A stretch of DNA of 64,000 bases from an uncultured cyanobacterium (GCA_963703315.1 OY969811.1:1024001-1088000), one strand, 5' to 3'; counted from the stretch's first letter, positions 9,670 through 20,893 are shown. A program made the numbers and translations. Notes: generated by a model from the letters alone, not told the origin.

Positions 9670-11814
9670 ATGGATGCCGTAACAAAAATCATCCCTTTTT
9701 ATGGCAGGGAAATTAAATTAAGAATTGGCACGTTTGCCCCTCAAGCTGGTGGCTCAGTATTAGTCCAGTGTGGGGAAACTGCAATCTTAGTGACAGCGAC
9801 CAGAGGTCCTGCTCGTGACGGTGTAGATTTTGTACCACTGCTTGTTGATTACGAAGAACGGTTATATGCAGCAGGACGTATCCCCGGTGGGTTCTTGCGT
9901 CGTGAAGGTCGTCCGCCCGAAAAGGCAACTCTCACTTGCCGTCTGATCGATCGCCCCATGCGTCCTTTGTTCCCCAATTGGTTGCGTGACGATGTGCAAA
10001 TTGTCGCGACCACGATGGCGATCGACGAAAAAGCCCCACCCGACGTTTTAGCGGTAACAGGGGCATCGATCGCTGCCTTAATTGCAGGGCTACCCTTTAT
10101 GGGACCAATGGCTGGCGTACGTGTCGGTTTAGTTGGTGATGAATTTATCATCAATCCCACTTACGCAGAAGTAGAAGCAGGTGATCTTGATCTAGTAGTT
10201 GCTGGTACTGCCGAGGGGATCATCATGGTAGAAGCTGGGGCTAATCAATTGCCAGAATCCGACATGATCGAAGCGATCGACTTTGGTTATGAAGCAGTAC
10301 TAGAACTGATCAAAGCCCAACATGATTTACTGCAAGAGATGGGTCTCGCATTACCTGAAATTATTGCTCCTGAAGCCGACCTCACTTTAGAAAACTTTAT
10401 TACTGACACAGTCAAAGATAAAGTTGCTCAAGTGGTTGCTAGTTGCGAGAAAGATCGCAATGTCCGCGATGCTGCCCTTGATGCGATCAAAGCTGAGCTT
10501 GTAGAGGCGATCGCGGCTTTACCTGATGAAGATCCTGTGAAGTTGGTAGCTGACAAAAAAGTGGTCAGCGCTACTTACAAAGAACTCACCAAAAAGCTGA
10601 TGCGCTTGCAGGTAATCGAGCAGAATGTGCGGATCGACGGACGCAAGCTCGACGAAGTGCGCCCGATCTGGACAGAAGTTGGTGTCTTACCGCGTGTGCA
10701 TGGTAGTGGCTTATTCAATCGGGGCTTGACTCAAGTATTGTCGATCGCTACCCTTGGTACTCCGGGGGATGCTCAAGAAATGGACGATCTGCATCCTGAT
10801 GCTAAGAAGCGCTATATGCACCACTACAACTTCCCACCCTATTCTGTGGGTGAAGCCAGACCAATGCGATCGCCTGGTCGCCGCGAAATTGGTCATGGAG
10901 CTTTAGCCGAACGCGCCCTTTTACCTGTACTACCTTCTAAAGCTGAATTTCCTTACATCCTGCGAGTTGTGTCAGAAGTTTTATCTTCTAATGGCTCGAC
11001 CTCAATGGGTTCTGTTTGCGGTTCAACCCTTGCGCTGATGGATGCAGGTGTGCCGATTACCAAGCCCGTAAGCGGTGTGGCGATGGGTCTGATCAAAGAA
11101 GGCGATGAAGTTCGCATTCTTACCGATATTCAAGGTATTGAAGACTTCCTTGGCGACATGGACTTTAAGGTGGCAGGTACAGACACAGGCATTACCGCTT
11201 TGCAAATGGACATGAAGATCACCAGTATCTCTATGGACACAGTGCGATCGGCAGTCACCCAAGCCAAAACTGGTCGCTCCCACATTATGGAAAAAATGTT
11301 GGAATTGCTCCCTGCACCAAGACCACAGCTTTCGCCCTATGCACCACGCTTGCTAACGATTCGGATCGATCCTGAACAAATCGGCATGATCATTGGACCT
11401 GGTGGTAAAAACATCAAGGGCATCACTGAAGAGACAGGAGCCAAGATCGACATCGAAGACGATGGCACGGTCATGATTTCGTCGATGAGTGGTGAAGGTG
11501 CGCTCAAAGCCAAGCGCATCATCGAAAACATGACTCGTCGTGTCGGTTCTGGTGATGTTTATCTCGGTAAGGTCACCCGCATTATTCCGATTGGTGCATT
11601 TGTCGAGTTCCTACCTGGTAAGGAAGGAATGGTACATATTTCTCAGTTGGCAGAAGGTCGTGTCGGCAAGGTCGAAGATGAAGTTGCTGTTGGCGATGAA
11701 GTCTTAGTGAAAATTCGTGAAGTTGACAATCGCGGACGCTTTAACCTGACTCGTCTCGGTATTCACCCCGATGAAGCTACTGCGGCTCGTGCGGCGGCGG
11801 CGGCTAACGTCTAA
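9670..11814 (+). CDS. pnp: Polyribonucleotide nucleotidyltransferase
   Basis: [49 protein letters not shown] and S1 domains. Confidence 0.98.
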   Translation: MDAVTKIIPFYGREIKLRIGTFAPQAGGSVLVQCGETAILVTATRGPARDGVDFVPLLVDYEERLYAAGRIPGGFLRREGRPPEKATLTCRLIDRPMRPLFPNWLRDDVQIVATTMAIDEKAPPDVLAVTGASIAALIAGLPFMGPMAGVRVGLVGDEFIINPTYAEVEAGDLDLVVAGTAEGIIMVEAGANQLPESDMIEAIDFGYEAVLELIKAQHDLLQEMGLALPEIIAPEADLTLENFITDTVKDKVAQVVASCEKDRNVRDAALDAIKAELVEAIAALPDEDPVKLVADKKVVSATYKELTKKLMRLQVIEQNVRIDGRKLDEVRPIWTEVGVLPRVHGSGLFNRGLTQVLSIATLGTPGDAQEMDDLHPDAKKRYMHHYNFPPYSVGEARPMRSPGRREIGHGALAERALLPVLPSKAEFPYILRVVSEVLSSNGSTSMGSVCGSTLALMDAGVPITKPVSGVAMGLIKEGDEVRILTDIQGIEDFLGDMDFKVAGTDTGITALQMDMKITSISMDTVRSAVTQAKTGRSHIMEKMLELLPAPRPQLSPYAPRLLTIRIDPEQIGMIIGPGGKNIKGITEETGAKIDIEDDGTVMISSMSGEGALKAKRIIENMTRRVGSGDVYLGKVTRIIPIGAFVEFLPGKEGMVHISQLAEGRVGKVEDEVAVGDEVLVKIREVDNRGRFNLTRLGIHPDEATAARAAAAANV

Positions 11815-11846
11815 AAAAGTAGGGGCAATTTAAGATCGCTAGATGT

Positions 11847-11896
11847 AAAAAAGCGATCGCCTATTCATCAAAAGATGAATAGGCGATCGCTTTTTT
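11847..11896. terminator. Bidirectional terminator between pnp and ndhF; stem built from two HIP1 sites
   Basis: AAAAAAGCGATCGCCTATTCATC-AAAA-GATGAATAGGCGATCGCTTTTTT. Confidence 0.75.
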
Positions 11897-11922
11897 TGGT
11901 TATTCAAAAGTTAAGTCAGAGA

Positions 11923-13935
11923 CTAAATCGAACTCACGATTACAAAACCGAGAACACCAATAAAAATGACGAGAGCATAGAATTGCGCTTTGCCATTTTC
12001 AAAGTACTTTAAGCCTTCGCCACTAACAACAGTCACAAAACCAGCAAGGTTAACTACGCCATCGACGATTTTGGCATCAACTTCTAACACTTGACGGGCT
12101 AGGCGGCGGGAACCAATTACAAAGATCGCTTCGTAAATTTCGTCAATGTACCATTTGTTCTTCGATAGCTTGTAGAGAGGTTGAATGGATTTGGCGATCG
12201 CACTGGGATCGATTTTCTTTTGCATATACATCAAAATTGCTAGAGAAATCCCAATCAAACCAATACCAATCGAACTTCCACCCATTAATAGAAACTCAGG
12301 AGTGAAGCCTTCAACAGGTACTTCGGTAATTTTCTCCGAAGGGGCATGGATAAAGTACTCGAAGTAATTACCCAAGGGCGTACCAACCAGACCAACTAGC
12401 ATCGAAGGAATCGCCAATGCCATTAACGGGAAGGTCATTGTAATAGGCGACTCATGGGGCTTGCTAGCATGATGATGTCCATGACCATCATCTTTTGCTT
12501 GTTCCTTACCAACAGAGTTTTCTGCCTTGACTGCGGCAACTAGCTTCTTGTCCGTACCGCGAAAATCACCTTCAAAAGTGGTGAAGTACATACGGAACAT
12601 ATAGAAAGCCGTGATCCCCGCCGTCGCAAAGCCGATCGCCCAAAGTGCAGGATTAGCTTTGAAAGTAGAAGCGAGAATTTCATCCTTTGACCAGAAACCA
12701 GCAAAGGGAGGAATCCCACTAATTGCAAGAGTACCAATAAAGAAAGTAATCGCGGTGATGGGCATATATTTGCGTAAGCCACCCATTACTCGCATATCTT
12801 GAGCCACATCGGGATCATGTCCGACGACTTCTTCCATGCCATGAATTACGGAGCCAGAACCGAGAAACATCATCGCCTTGAAATAGGCGTGGGTCATCAG
12901 GTGAAATAGACCTGCGCTGTAAGCACCAACACCCATCCCCATGACCATGTAACCCAGTTGGGAGACGGTGGAATATGCCAAGCCTTTTTTGATGTCGTTT
13001 TGGGTGATAGCAATACTTGCCCCCAGAAATGCGGTAAATGCACCTGTCCAAGCGATCGTATTCATCACCGCCGGGATTTCTTCAAATACAGGGAACATCC
13101 GTGCAATTAGGAATACACCCGCCGCCACCATTGTCGCTGCATGGATCAATGCCGAAATTGGTGTAGGACCTTCCATTGCATCAGGTAGCCAGACATGGAG
13201 CGGGAACTGGGCAGATTTAGCCGCAGGTCCCATGAAGACGAGGATCGCAAATAAGGTGGCGAGTCCAACGCTTAATCCACCCGATTCTACTAATTGGGTG
13301 AGCTTTTCTCCCATTTCTGTGAACTCAAACGTACCCGTAGCCCAATACAAACCAAGTAAGCCGAGTAATAGACCGAAGTCACCAACGCGGTTAGTCACAA
13401 ATGCTTTTTGGCACGCATCGGCAGCTCCTTTGCGATCGAACCAAAAGCCAATCAGCAAGTAGGAACACATCCCCACGAGTTCCCAGAAGATATAAATCTG
13501 CACCAAGTTAGGACTAATGACTAATCCCAACATGGAGGAGGTGAATAAGCTTAGGTAAGCATAGAATCTGACATAGCTGGGATCATGCGCCATGTAGCCA
13601 TCAGTGTAAATCTGCACCAAGAAAGCAACGGTGGTGACGATGACGAGCATGAGTGAAGTGAGGTGATCAATCACAAATCCCATGTTCAAATGAAAGCTAC
13701 CTGCTTGCGCCCACTCAAAGGTATACAGATAAGGCTCATGTCCTTGAATCTGACTCCAGAGTAGGTTGAAAGCAATGACTGCTGCGCCGCCTGTGGCGGA
13801 TACGCTGAGGATAGACCAGAGCGATCGCAGTTTGTTGGTTGATTCATTAAAGGAAATCAGTCCTGTGCCGATAATCAGTGCTGCGGCGAGTGGCAGCAAG
13901 GGAATCAGCCATGCGTATTGATATGCAAAGTCCAT
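11923..13935 (-). CDS. ndhF: NAD(P)H-quinone oxidoreductase subunit 5 (NdhF1-type)
   Basis: YQYAWLIPLLP, WELVGMCSYLLIGFW, KSAQFPLHVWLPDAMEGPTPISALIHAATMVAAG. Confidence 0.97.
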   Translation of the reverse strand: MDFAYQYAWLIPLLPLAAALIIGTGLISFNESTNKLRSLWSILSVSATGGAAVIAFNLLWSQIQGHEPYLYTFEWAQAGSFHLNMGFVIDHLTSLMLVIVTTVAFLVQIYTDGYMAHDPSYVRFYAYLSLFTSSMLGLVISPNLVQIYIFWELVGMCSYLLIGFWFDRKGAADACQKAFVTNRVGDFGLLLGLLGLYWATGTFEFTEMGEKLTQLVESGGLSVGLATLFAILVFMGPAAKSAQFPLHVWLPDAMEGPTPISALIHAATMVAAGVFLIARMFPVFEEIPAVMNTIAWTGAFTAFLGASIAITQNDIKKGLAYSTVSQLGYMVMGMGVGAYSAGLFHLMTHAYFKAMMFLGSGSVIHGMEEVVGHDPDVAQDMRVMGGLRKYMPITAITFFIGTLAISGIPPFAGFWSKDEILASTFKANPALWAIGFATAGITAFYMFRMYFTTFEGDFRGTDKKLVAAVKAENSVGKEQAKDDGHGHHHASKPHESPITMTFPLMALAIPSMLVGLVGTPLGNYFEYFIHAPSEKITEVPVEGFTPEFLLMGGSSIGIGLIGISLAILMYMQKKIDPSAIAKSIQPLYKLSKNKWYIDEIYEAIFVIGSRRLARQVLEVDAKIVDGVVNLAGFVTVVSGEGLKYFENGKAQFYALVIFIGVLGFVIVSSI

Positions 13936-14042
13936 AGGTCGCGTTTGAACGCAAAGTTTATTGTAGAGACACTTTTAATAAGTTAGTTTACTACAGTCAG
14001 ATCAAGCACGATGTGTTAACCATGAGCATTGTTACTTATTTG

Positions 14043-14143
14043 TAGCTGTTGCTATTTGCATTAAGCCCAATAAGCAAGTGGCGGCGCAAAGCGCCACCAC
14101 TCGCTTATTGGGTTTTGAGATAACCAGACTGGTGACGGCTATA
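14043..14143. mobile_element. MITE-like hairpin element with IS630-like ends
   Basis: TAGCTGTTGCTA...GACTGGTGACGGCTATA ends; core CCCAATAAGCAAGTGGCGGCGC-AAA-GCGCCACCACTCGCTTATTGGG. Confidence 0.65.
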
Positions 14144-14207
14144 AGACAAAAATTTAGAAAAGTTTAAGTTTTATCCCCAATCCGATTTAAACAGATTGCA
14201 AACAAGA

Positions 14208-14288
14208 TATAGCAAAACTTTTTTGCTTAGGACAAAAAACCAGAAGAGAGTGGCGGCGCAAAGCGCCGCCACTCTCTTCTGGTTTTTT
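14208..14288. mobile_element. One-ended MITE-like hairpin element
   Basis: TATAGCAAAACTTTTTTTGCTTAGGACA left end plus a perfect hairpin AAAAAACCAGAAGAGAGTGGCGGCGC-AAA-GCGCCGCCACTCTCTTCTGGTTTTTT. Confidence 0.65.
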
Positions 14289-14346
14289 AGTTTGTTATGT
14301 AAACAAAAAGGAATTTCTGCAAAGCAGAAATTCCTTTTTGTGGTTA

Positions 14347-14433
14347 CGGAGAGAGGGAGATTCGAACTCCCGTTAGGTGTGACCCTAAATCTGATTTCGA
14401 GTCAGACGCATTCAACCACTCTGCCATCTCTCC
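14347..14433 (-). tRNA. tRNA-Ser(CGA), CCA not encoded
   Basis: GGAGAGA acceptor stem, anticodon arm TCTGA-CTCGAAA-TCAGA, long variable arm, GGGAG-TTCGAAT-CTCCC T-arm, G discriminator; 87 nt. Confidence 0.96.
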
Positions 14434-14551
14434 AATATGTTGCTAATATGTTGTTTCAGCGTCTTTGATGAGCAAAGCAGTTGTTATAATATCACAGCGT
14501 GCGTTTTTTTGAGATCCTAAAATTGGCAGTACCACTTGTCGTAACAGAACT

Positions 14552-16081
14552 ATGCAAGATTTTAATTGGAAAAAGCTCCAGAATGGCTCAGATATTCGTG
14601 GTGTGGCGATCGCAGGAGTCCCTGATGAACCTGTAAACTTAACTCCTGCTGTTGCCAAGATTTTAGGACAAGCCTTTGCCAATTGGCTATCTCAGAAATT
14701 AGATAAACAGACCTCCGACTTATTGATTTCCGTTGGGCGCGATAGTCGGCTATCGGGATCAGAATTAATGCAAGCGGTGATCACAGGTATTAATTCTCTC
14801 GGTAGTCAAGTGGATGACTTTGCGATCGCTTCTACTCCTGCGATGTTTATGAGTACAGTGACGGAAGGTTTTAACTGTGATGGTGCAATCATGCTCACTG
14901 CCAGTCATTTACCCTTTAATCGCAATGGTCTTAAGTTTTTCACGGCTCAAGGTGGTTTAGAAAAAAAAGATATCAGCGATATTTTGGCACTTGCGGAAAA
15001 GAATGAATTTGAGCTTGCCACTTCTCAAGGAAAGATCACTAATCATGATTTTATTTCTGTTTATGCCCAGCAATTTGTGACTAAAATTCGCGAAGCTGTC
15101 AATCATCCAGAACATTATGAACAGCCTCTCAAGGGTTTGAAAATCATTGTGGATGCGGGTAACGGTGCGGGTGGCTTTTATGCAGATAAAGTTTTACAGC
15201 CTTTAGGAGCCGATATTGCGGGAAGTCAATTTCTCGATCCCGATGGTACATTTCCCAATCATGTTCCCAATCCTGAAGATAAAGTCGCGATGGCTTCCAT
15301 TTGTGAGGCAGTAATTAAGCATCAAGCCGATTTTGGAATTATTTTTGATACCGATGTCGATCGCAGTGCGGCAGTCGATCAATTTGGCAAAGAACTCAAC
15401 CGTAATCGTTTAATTGCCTTGATTTCGGCGATTGTGCTGCAAGAGCATCCTAAGTCAACTATTGTCACCGATTCCATTACCTCTGATGGACTGACTAAAT
15501 TTATTGAGCAGGATTTGCAAGGGGTACATCATCGGTTTAAGCGTGGTTACAAGAATGTGATTAATGAGTCGATGCGTCTGAATCAACTAGGTCAAGAGTC
15601 TTGGTTAGCGATCGAGACTTCTGGACATGGTGCAATGAAGGAAAATTATTTTCTGGATGATGGTGCTTACTTGGTCAGCAAACTCTTGATTGAATTGGCA
15701 AAATCAAAACTTGCTGGCAAGTCTCTCACGGAACTAATTGCCAATTTACAAGAACCGATTGAGAGCGAAGAGTTTCGCATTAAGCTGAATGTGGAAGATT
15801 TTAGAGCATTAGGCGATCGCGTAATTACCCAGTTACAGGAATTCGCTAATACCCAACCAGACTGGAAAATTGCGTCTAACAACTATGAAGGTATTCGTGT
15901 TTCCTGTACTGCTAATGATGAAAATGGCTGGTTTCTGTTGCGCCTCTCATTGCATGATCCCGTTATGCCTTTAAATATTGAGTCCAATAGTAAAGATGGC
16001 GTGGTGCAAATTGCCAAGCGATTGCGCTCTTTCTTCCAATCACTTGATTCTCTCGATTCCCTTGATATTACTTCTCTATAA
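14552..16081 (+). CDS. Phosphomannomutase/phosphoglucomutase
   Basis: GSDIRG, TASHLP phosphoserine motif, FDTDVDR metal loop, ETSGH. Confidence 0.93.
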   Translation: MQDFNWKKLQNGSDIRGVAIAGVPDEPVNLTPAVAKILGQAFANWLSQKLDKQTSDLLISVGRDSRLSGSELMQAVITGINSLGSQVDDFAIASTPAMFMSTVTEGFNCDGAIMLTASHLPFNRNGLKFFTAQGGLEKKDISDILALAEKNEFELATSQGKITNHDFISVYAQQFVTKIREAVNHPEHYEQPLKGLKIIVDAGNGAGGFYADKVLQPLGADIAGSQFLDPDGTFPNHVPNPEDKVAMASICEAVIKHQADFGIIFDTDVDRSAAVDQFGKELNRNRLIALISAIVLQEHPKSTIVTDSITSDGLTKFIEQDLQGVHHRFKRGYKNVINESMRLNQLGQESWLAIETSGHGAMKENYFLDDGAYLVSKLLIELAKSKLAGKSLTELIANLQEPIESEEFRIKLNVEDFRALGDRVITQLQEFANTQPDWKIASNNYEGIRVSCTANDENGWFLLRLSLHDPVMPLNIESNSKDGVVQIAKRLRSFFQSLDSLDSLDITSL

Positions 16082-16099
16082 CATCTGATGTTACGTGAA

Positions 16100-16200
16100 A
16101 CCCTCACCCCCCAGCCCCCTCTCCCATTAAGGGAGAGGAGGAGTAAGACTAATTTCTTGTTCCCCTCTCCTCCTTTGGGAGAGGGGCTAGGGGTGAGGGT
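16100..16200. repeat. Cyanobacterial G/C-rich inverted repeat (CCCTCACCCCC...GGGGTGAGGG; reads TPSPSP...GEG)
   Basis: Inverted arms ACCCTCACCCCCCAGCCCCCTCTCCCA / TGGGAGAGGGGCTAGGGGTGAGGGT; a half copy lies inside polA. Confidence 0.8.
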
Positions 16201-16237
16201 CTTGAGAACTTCCACAGTCCTATACAATTTGGAACCT

Positions 16238-16921
16238 ATGCGAATTCTATTGGTAGATGATGAAGAAGAATTGGCAGAACCTTTGCAACGGGTTTTGACT
16301 AATCAAGGGTATGTGGTGGATAGTGCTAATAGTGGCGATCGCGGTTGGGAATTGGCTCAGACTGGTGAATACGACCTGCTAATTTTAGATTGGATGATGC
16401 CTATAAAATCGGGAGTGGAAATCTGTCATGGCTTGCGTCAACAGGGAGATAGTACCCCCGTGCTGATTCTCACCGCTAAAGACACCCTCGACGATCGCGT
16501 GACAGGTTTAGATAGCGGAGCCGATGATTATCTGGTAAAACCCTTTGAACTGCGGGAGTTATTAGCCAGAGTCAGAGCTTTATTGCGCCGCGCCCCTGTC
16601 CCGATTGTGGCAACTAGTGAACCTTCCAAATTAAGCTATGGAGATTTAGAACTTGATCGTGATAATCAGTTGGTTTATCGTGATCAAGTAGCGATCGCCT
16701 TAACTGAGAGAGAATATCAACTCTTAGAATATTTCCTACTCCATCCTAATCAGTTGCTAAGTCATGAGCAGATTTCGCAATATATATGGAAAGAAGGTGA
16801 AGACTTGCCCACTAGTAACGCCTTAGCTGCCCAAATCAAATTATTACGCCGTAAAATTGATCGCGATCGGCAGATTTCTCTGATTAATACAGTTTACGGA
16901 AAGGGCTATCGTTTTGGCTAA
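16238..16921 (+). CDS. OmpR-family two-component response regulator (RppA-like); probable start at 16238
   Basis: MRILLVDDE, ILDWMMP, GADDYLVKPF, winged helix ending TVYGKGYRFG; the ORF-track extension only reads through the repeat. Confidence 0.9.
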   Translation: MRILLVDDEEELAEPLQRVLTNQGYVVDSANSGDRGWELAQTGEYDLLILDWMMPIKSGVEICHGLRQQGDSTPVLILTAKDTLDDRVTGLDSGADDYLVKPFELRELLARVRALLRRAPVPIVATSEPSKLSYGDLELDRDNQLVYRDQVAIALTEREYQLLEYFLLHPNQLLSHEQISQYIWKEGEDLPTSNALAAQIKLLRRKIDRDRQISLINTVYGKGYRFG

Positions 16922-16963
16922 AAGCCAGACATGGCAAGGCTCAGCCTCGCCATGTCTGGCTTT
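16921..16963. terminator. Hairpin between the convergent response regulator and polA
   Basis: AAAGCCAGACATGGC...GCCATGTCTGGCTTT. Confidence 0.65.
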
Positions 16964-16977
16964 TCTATCTGGCTTTT

Positions 16978-19824
16978 CTATTTTGCTTCCATCCAGTTTT
17001 TACCCGTATGAATATCTACTTCTAATTTTACCGAAAGCTCCATTGCTGATTCCATTGCTGCTTTAATTTTGGGCTGGAGTTCAGCAACCTCATCGGGTGG
17101 CACTTCAAATACCAGTTCATCATGGACTTGTAGTAGTAAACGGGCTTGATAGTCTTGTAAAAGCTCATGGACGCGCAACATTGCCAATTTCACAATATCG
17201 GCACTAGTTCCTTGAATTGGCGCATTTACCGCCGATCGCAACAGAGCCGCCTTTTGATAACCACCAATCTGACTAAGCCCACGAAAATAGCGCCGTCTTC
17301 CTAAAACCGTCTGCACATAGCCATCCCGTTCTGCTTCCGCTTCCACACTTTGCATATAAGTAAAAATTCGTTCATAGCGCTGGTTGAACTTCTCAATAAA
17401 TTGCTTGGCGACTTTTACTGGCACACCAATATCGCGACTAAATTTCTGCGCTCCCATGCCATAGATCACTCCGTAGTTAATAATTTTGGCTAAGCGACGT
17501 TCATCACTAGTGACTTCCTCTTTCTCTAAAAGTAATTGTGCTGTAACCCTATGCACATCTTCACCTGCATTAAAGGCTCTCATTAATTCAGGTTCTTGAC
17601 TCAAATGGGCAAGAATCCGTAGTTCTATTTGCGAATAGTCGGCAGCCATTAATATCCAATTCTCTTTCGGCAAAAATCCTGCTCTGATCCGCTTACTAAA
17701 AGCAGTACGAATCGGAATATTTTGCAAGTTAGGATTAGAGCTACTTAAACGTCCTGTTGAGGCAACAGTTTGATTGAAATCGGTATGTACACGCCCAGTC
17801 TTCGGCTGAATCAACGATGGCAAAGCATCGACATAAGTAGATTTAAGCTTAGCAAGGGTGCGATTTTCGAGAATGGTGTCAATTAAAGGATCTTCACCTT
17901 CTAATTTATTGAGAACCGTGACATCAGTGGAATAGCCTGTCTTACTTTTACGCGATTTCTTAGTAAATGTTTCGCCGAGCTTATCTACTAAAATTTCGCT
18001 TAACTGCTTAGGTGAATTAAGGTTAAACTCTTTTCCTGCTTGTTGATAGGCAGCGATCGCTAAAGCATCTAAATCCTTTTCTAATTCCTGCGAGAAGATA
18101 CCCAAATATTCTTTATCAATTCTAATACCTCGCCATTCCATTTCTGCAAGAATTGGTTCGAGCGCCATTTCCAAATTTTGGAATAAATCCCACAGTTCAG
18201 GCACAGCTTGTAACTGCTCTTGCAAAATCGGTCTAATCCGATAGGTGATATAGGTATCCATCCCGCAATATTGCGCCACCGATGGGATATCAACTTCAGC
18301 GATCGATTTGCGTTTACCGACGAGAGTTTTATAACTAACCGTGCGAATTTGGAGCAAGTCCATTGCCAGATCATCCAGTTTATGACTAGCTTCAGGATCA
18401 ATTACATAACTTGCAATCATCGTGTCGAAGATTACTCCAGCCAATTCAATACCTGCTGCTTTGAACATCAAGCGATCGAACTTAGCATTCTGTAAGTATT
18501 TGGGATAGCTTGCATCTTCAAGAATCGGTTTGAGAATCGCTCTTACTTCTTCCCATTGGAGATTTTGTCCTGCATTATGATGTAAAGGAATATAGGCAAC
18601 CTCACTAATCGCATCTCCCCAACAGCAGCCAATACCAACTAAGTCAGCTTCAAAGGGATTCAGTGCTGAAGTCTCTGTATCCCATGCTGTCGGTTGTTTA
18701 CTGCTGAGAGTTTCACATAGCTTTTCTAATTTAGGAATTGTGTCAATAATCTGCACATCTAATTTGAGCGAAGCAGAAGCAGCGATCGCCTGATCGTTTT
18801 CCTGCTTCGCAAAATCAAACCACAACTCCTCATCTTCCCCGTTCTGAGATGATATCTTGCTGCCCTCGCCATTAGGGAGAGGGGCTGGGGGTGAGGGCTT
18901 CTGCTCGTAATTCCCCGACAACTTTGCTTGAATCTGATCAACCCGATTCACAAAGGCTTTAAGCTCAAGCTCTTCTAATAAAGGAATTAACTCGGATGTA
19001 TCAAAACCTGTCAATTTGCAATCAGCGATCGCGACAGGAAGTGGCACATCGGTTTTGATTTTCGCCATAAATTGCGAATGTTTAGCCGCCTCAATCCCTT
19101 GCTCTAACTTAGTTTTAATTGCTCCCTTCATCTTGGGAATAGCTGCCAAGACATTCTCTAAACTGCCGTACTCTTCAATTAATTTAATCGCAGTTTTTTC
19201 GCCAATCCCCCGTACTCCAGCAATGTTATCAGAAGCATCACCACAGAGTGCTTTATAGTCTACAACCTGAGTAGGTAAGACTCCTAGACGTTCTTTTACT
19301 TGATCAGCATGGTATTCTACAATCTTATCTTTCTGCCCTAAGTTCAAAACAGAAATCCGCTTTTCGGCATCAATTAACTGAAATAAATCGCGATCGCCAC
19401 TTAAAATCTTGACAGTATAACCTTCCGCACTCGCTGCTTGTGATAGCGTTCCCAACACATCATCTGCCTCAAAACCTGCTTGGGTAATCGCGGGCAAATT
19501 CATCGCGGCTAAAACTTTCTGTAAGTTCTGCATATCGGGAATAAAACTTTCAGGAGTTTCCGCACGATTTGCCTTGTAAGTATCGTCAATCTCATGGCGA
19601 AATGTCGGTGTCGCAAGGTCAAAAGCGATCGCTACAGCCGCAGGTTTTTCGCGATCGAGCATCTCAATTAACGCTTTCAAAAAGCCAAAACAAATACTCG
19701 TGGGAATTCCTGTCGAGGTTCGCAAGCCACCTTCAGGATGTTTTCCAAAGGCATAGAAGGCTCGGAATGCGAGGGAATGTCCATCAACGAGTAAAAATGT
19801 GGGGTGAGTTTGTGCGCTTGACAT
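16978..19824 (-). CDS. polA: DNA polymerase I
   Basis: LVDGHSLAFRAF 5'-3' exonuclease, DTET 3'-5' exonuclease, ADYSQIELRILAH, AKIINYGVIYG, QVHDELVFE. Confidence 0.98.
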   Translation of the reverse strand: MSSAQTHPTFLLVDGHSLAFRAFYAFGKHPEGGLRTSTGIPTSICFGFLKALIEMLDREKPAAVAIAFDLATPTFRHEIDDTYKANRAETPESFIPDMQNLQKVLAAMNLPAITQAGFEADDVLGTLSQAASAEGYTVKILSGDRDLFQLIDAEKRISVLNLGQKDKIVEYHADQVKERLGVLPTQVVDYKALCGDASDNIAGVRGIGEKTAIKLIEEYGSLENVLAAIPKMKGAIKTKLEQGIEAAKHSQFMAKIKTDVPLPVAIADCKLTGFDTSELIPLLEELELKAFVNRVDQIQAKLSGNYEQKPSPPAPLPNGEGSKISSQNGEDEELWFDFAKQENDQAIAASASLKLDVQIIDTIPKLEKLCETLSSKQPTAWDTETSALNPFEADLVGIGCCWGDAISEVAYIPLHHNAGQNLQWEEVRAILKPILEDASYPKYLQNAKFDRLMFKAAGIELAGVIFDTMIASYVIDPEASHKLDDLAMDLLQIRTVSYKTLVGKRKSIAEVDIPSVAQYCGMDTYITYRIRPILQEQLQAVPELWDLFQNLEMALEPILAEMEWRGIRIDKEYLGIFSQELEKDLDALAIAAYQQAGKEFNLNSPKQLSEILVDKLGETFTKKSRKSKTGYSTDVTVLNKLEGEDPLIDTILENRTLAKLKSTYVDALPSLIQPKTGRVHTDFNQTVASTGRLSSSNPNLQNIPIRTAFSKRIRAGFLPKENWILMAADYSQIELRILAHLSQEPELMRAFNAGEDVHRVTAQLLLEKEEVTSDERRLAKIINYGVIYGMGAQKFSRDIGVPVKVAKQFIEKFNQRYERIFTYMQSVEAEAERDGYVQTVLGRRRYFRGLSQIGGYQKAALLRSAVNAPIQGTSADIVKLAMLRVHELLQDYQARLLLQVHDELVFEVPPDEVAELQPKIKAAMESAMELSVKLEVDIHTGKNWMEAK
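18859..18898 (-). repeat. Half copy of the 16100 repeat, in frame inside the PolA linker
   Basis: GGGAGAGGGGCTGGGGGTGAGGG encodes part of KPSPPAPLPNGEGS. Confidence 0.75.
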
Positions 19825-19975
19825 GATGCTTGGTTGAGATTTTTAAGATTTGGCGCGATCGCTAGCTTTAGGTTAACCGATTGCTGATTATAGAGTAAAT
19901 CTAGATACTTGCATTTAGCCCAAAAGCTGACAATAATGTGATAGTCTGCAATTTCCAGCATTATGATCGATCCTT

Positions 19976-20890
19976 ATGCAGCCTAATGTAAAACTACAAC
20001 GACAAAAACTAGGTCAGAAATTTTCTTGGACTCCATATTTATTTCTACTGCCAGCGATCGCCTTTTTATTATTAACTTCATTCTTACCAGTATTCCAAGC
20101 TATATATTTAAGTTTTACTAATTATGATTTTGTCGGTAGTCCTACTTTTATTGGCTGGAAAAATTATCTAACTCTTTGGAAAGATCAAACTTTTTGGAAA
20201 ACATTAAGTAACACTTTAGTCTATTTAATATTTGCAGTTCCGAGTCTCGTAATTTTGCCCCTAGCTTTAGCGATATTAGTCAATCAAAAACTACGCAGCA
20301 TTAAATTTTTTCGAGCCGTTTATTATTTTCCAGTTATTGTTTCTGTTGTCGTTGCTGGGATTGCTTGGAAATGGGTTTATGCCCAAAATGGTATCTTAAA
20401 TTATTTTCTATCAACGATCTCATTTCAAGATATTAAAATCCCTTGGTTAACTGATCCGAAAACAGCTATTTTTGCGATTATTGCGGTAGTGATTTGGCGT
20501 GGTGTTGGCTACTATATGGTGATCTATCTGGCTGGTTTACAGGCTATCCCCGCAGATTTATATGAGGCGGCAGCGATCGATGGTTCGGATGGTTGGCAAA
20601 AGCATTTAGATATTACGATCCCATTAATGAAGCCTTACATTATTCTCGTAGCCGTAATTTCTTCGATTGGCGCAATGAAAATATTTGAAGAAGTTTATAT
20701 CATGTCTCAGGGAGGACCAGCGAATAGTACCAAAACTGTTGTTTACTATTTATATGACAAAGGTTTTACGAGTTTAGAGATGGGATATGCTTCGGCGATT
20801 GGAGTGTTTTTATTTCTGATTATCTTTATTATTTCAATTCTGACTTTTAAATTTATTAATCCCGCACAAACTATTGATCAAACCAATTAG
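19976..20890 (+). CDS. Carbohydrate ABC transporter permease (LacF/UgpA-like)
   Basis: Multiple TM helices; EAA loop LYEAAAIDGS; GGPANST. Confidence 0.92.
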   Translation: MQPNVKLQRQKLGQKFSWTPYLFLLPAIAFLLLTSFLPVFQAIYLSFTNYDFVGSPTFIGWKNYLTLWKDQTFWKTLSNTLVYLIFAVPSLVILPLALAILVNQKLRSIKFFRAVYYFPVIVSVVVAGIAWKWVYAQNGILNYFLSTISFQDIKIPWLTDPKTAIFAIIAVVIWRGVGYYMVIYLAGLQAIPADLYEAAAIDGSDGWQKHLDITIPLMKPYIILVAVISSIGAMKIFEEVYIMSQGGPANSTKTVVYYLYDKGFTSLEMGYASAIGVFLFLIIFIISILTFKFINPAQTIDQTN

Positions 20891-20893
20891 TCT

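Noticed and set aside
14347..14433. tRNA-Ser as an integration site for an island
   Set aside because: No duplicated tRNA 3' end or integrase was seen in the window.
14196..14468. 90-aa ORF
   Set aside because: It is read through a hairpin repeat and the antisense of tRNA-Ser.
16088..16237. N-terminal extension of the response regulator
   Set aside because: It translates the G/C-rich repeat; the receiver domain starts at MRILLVDDE (16238).
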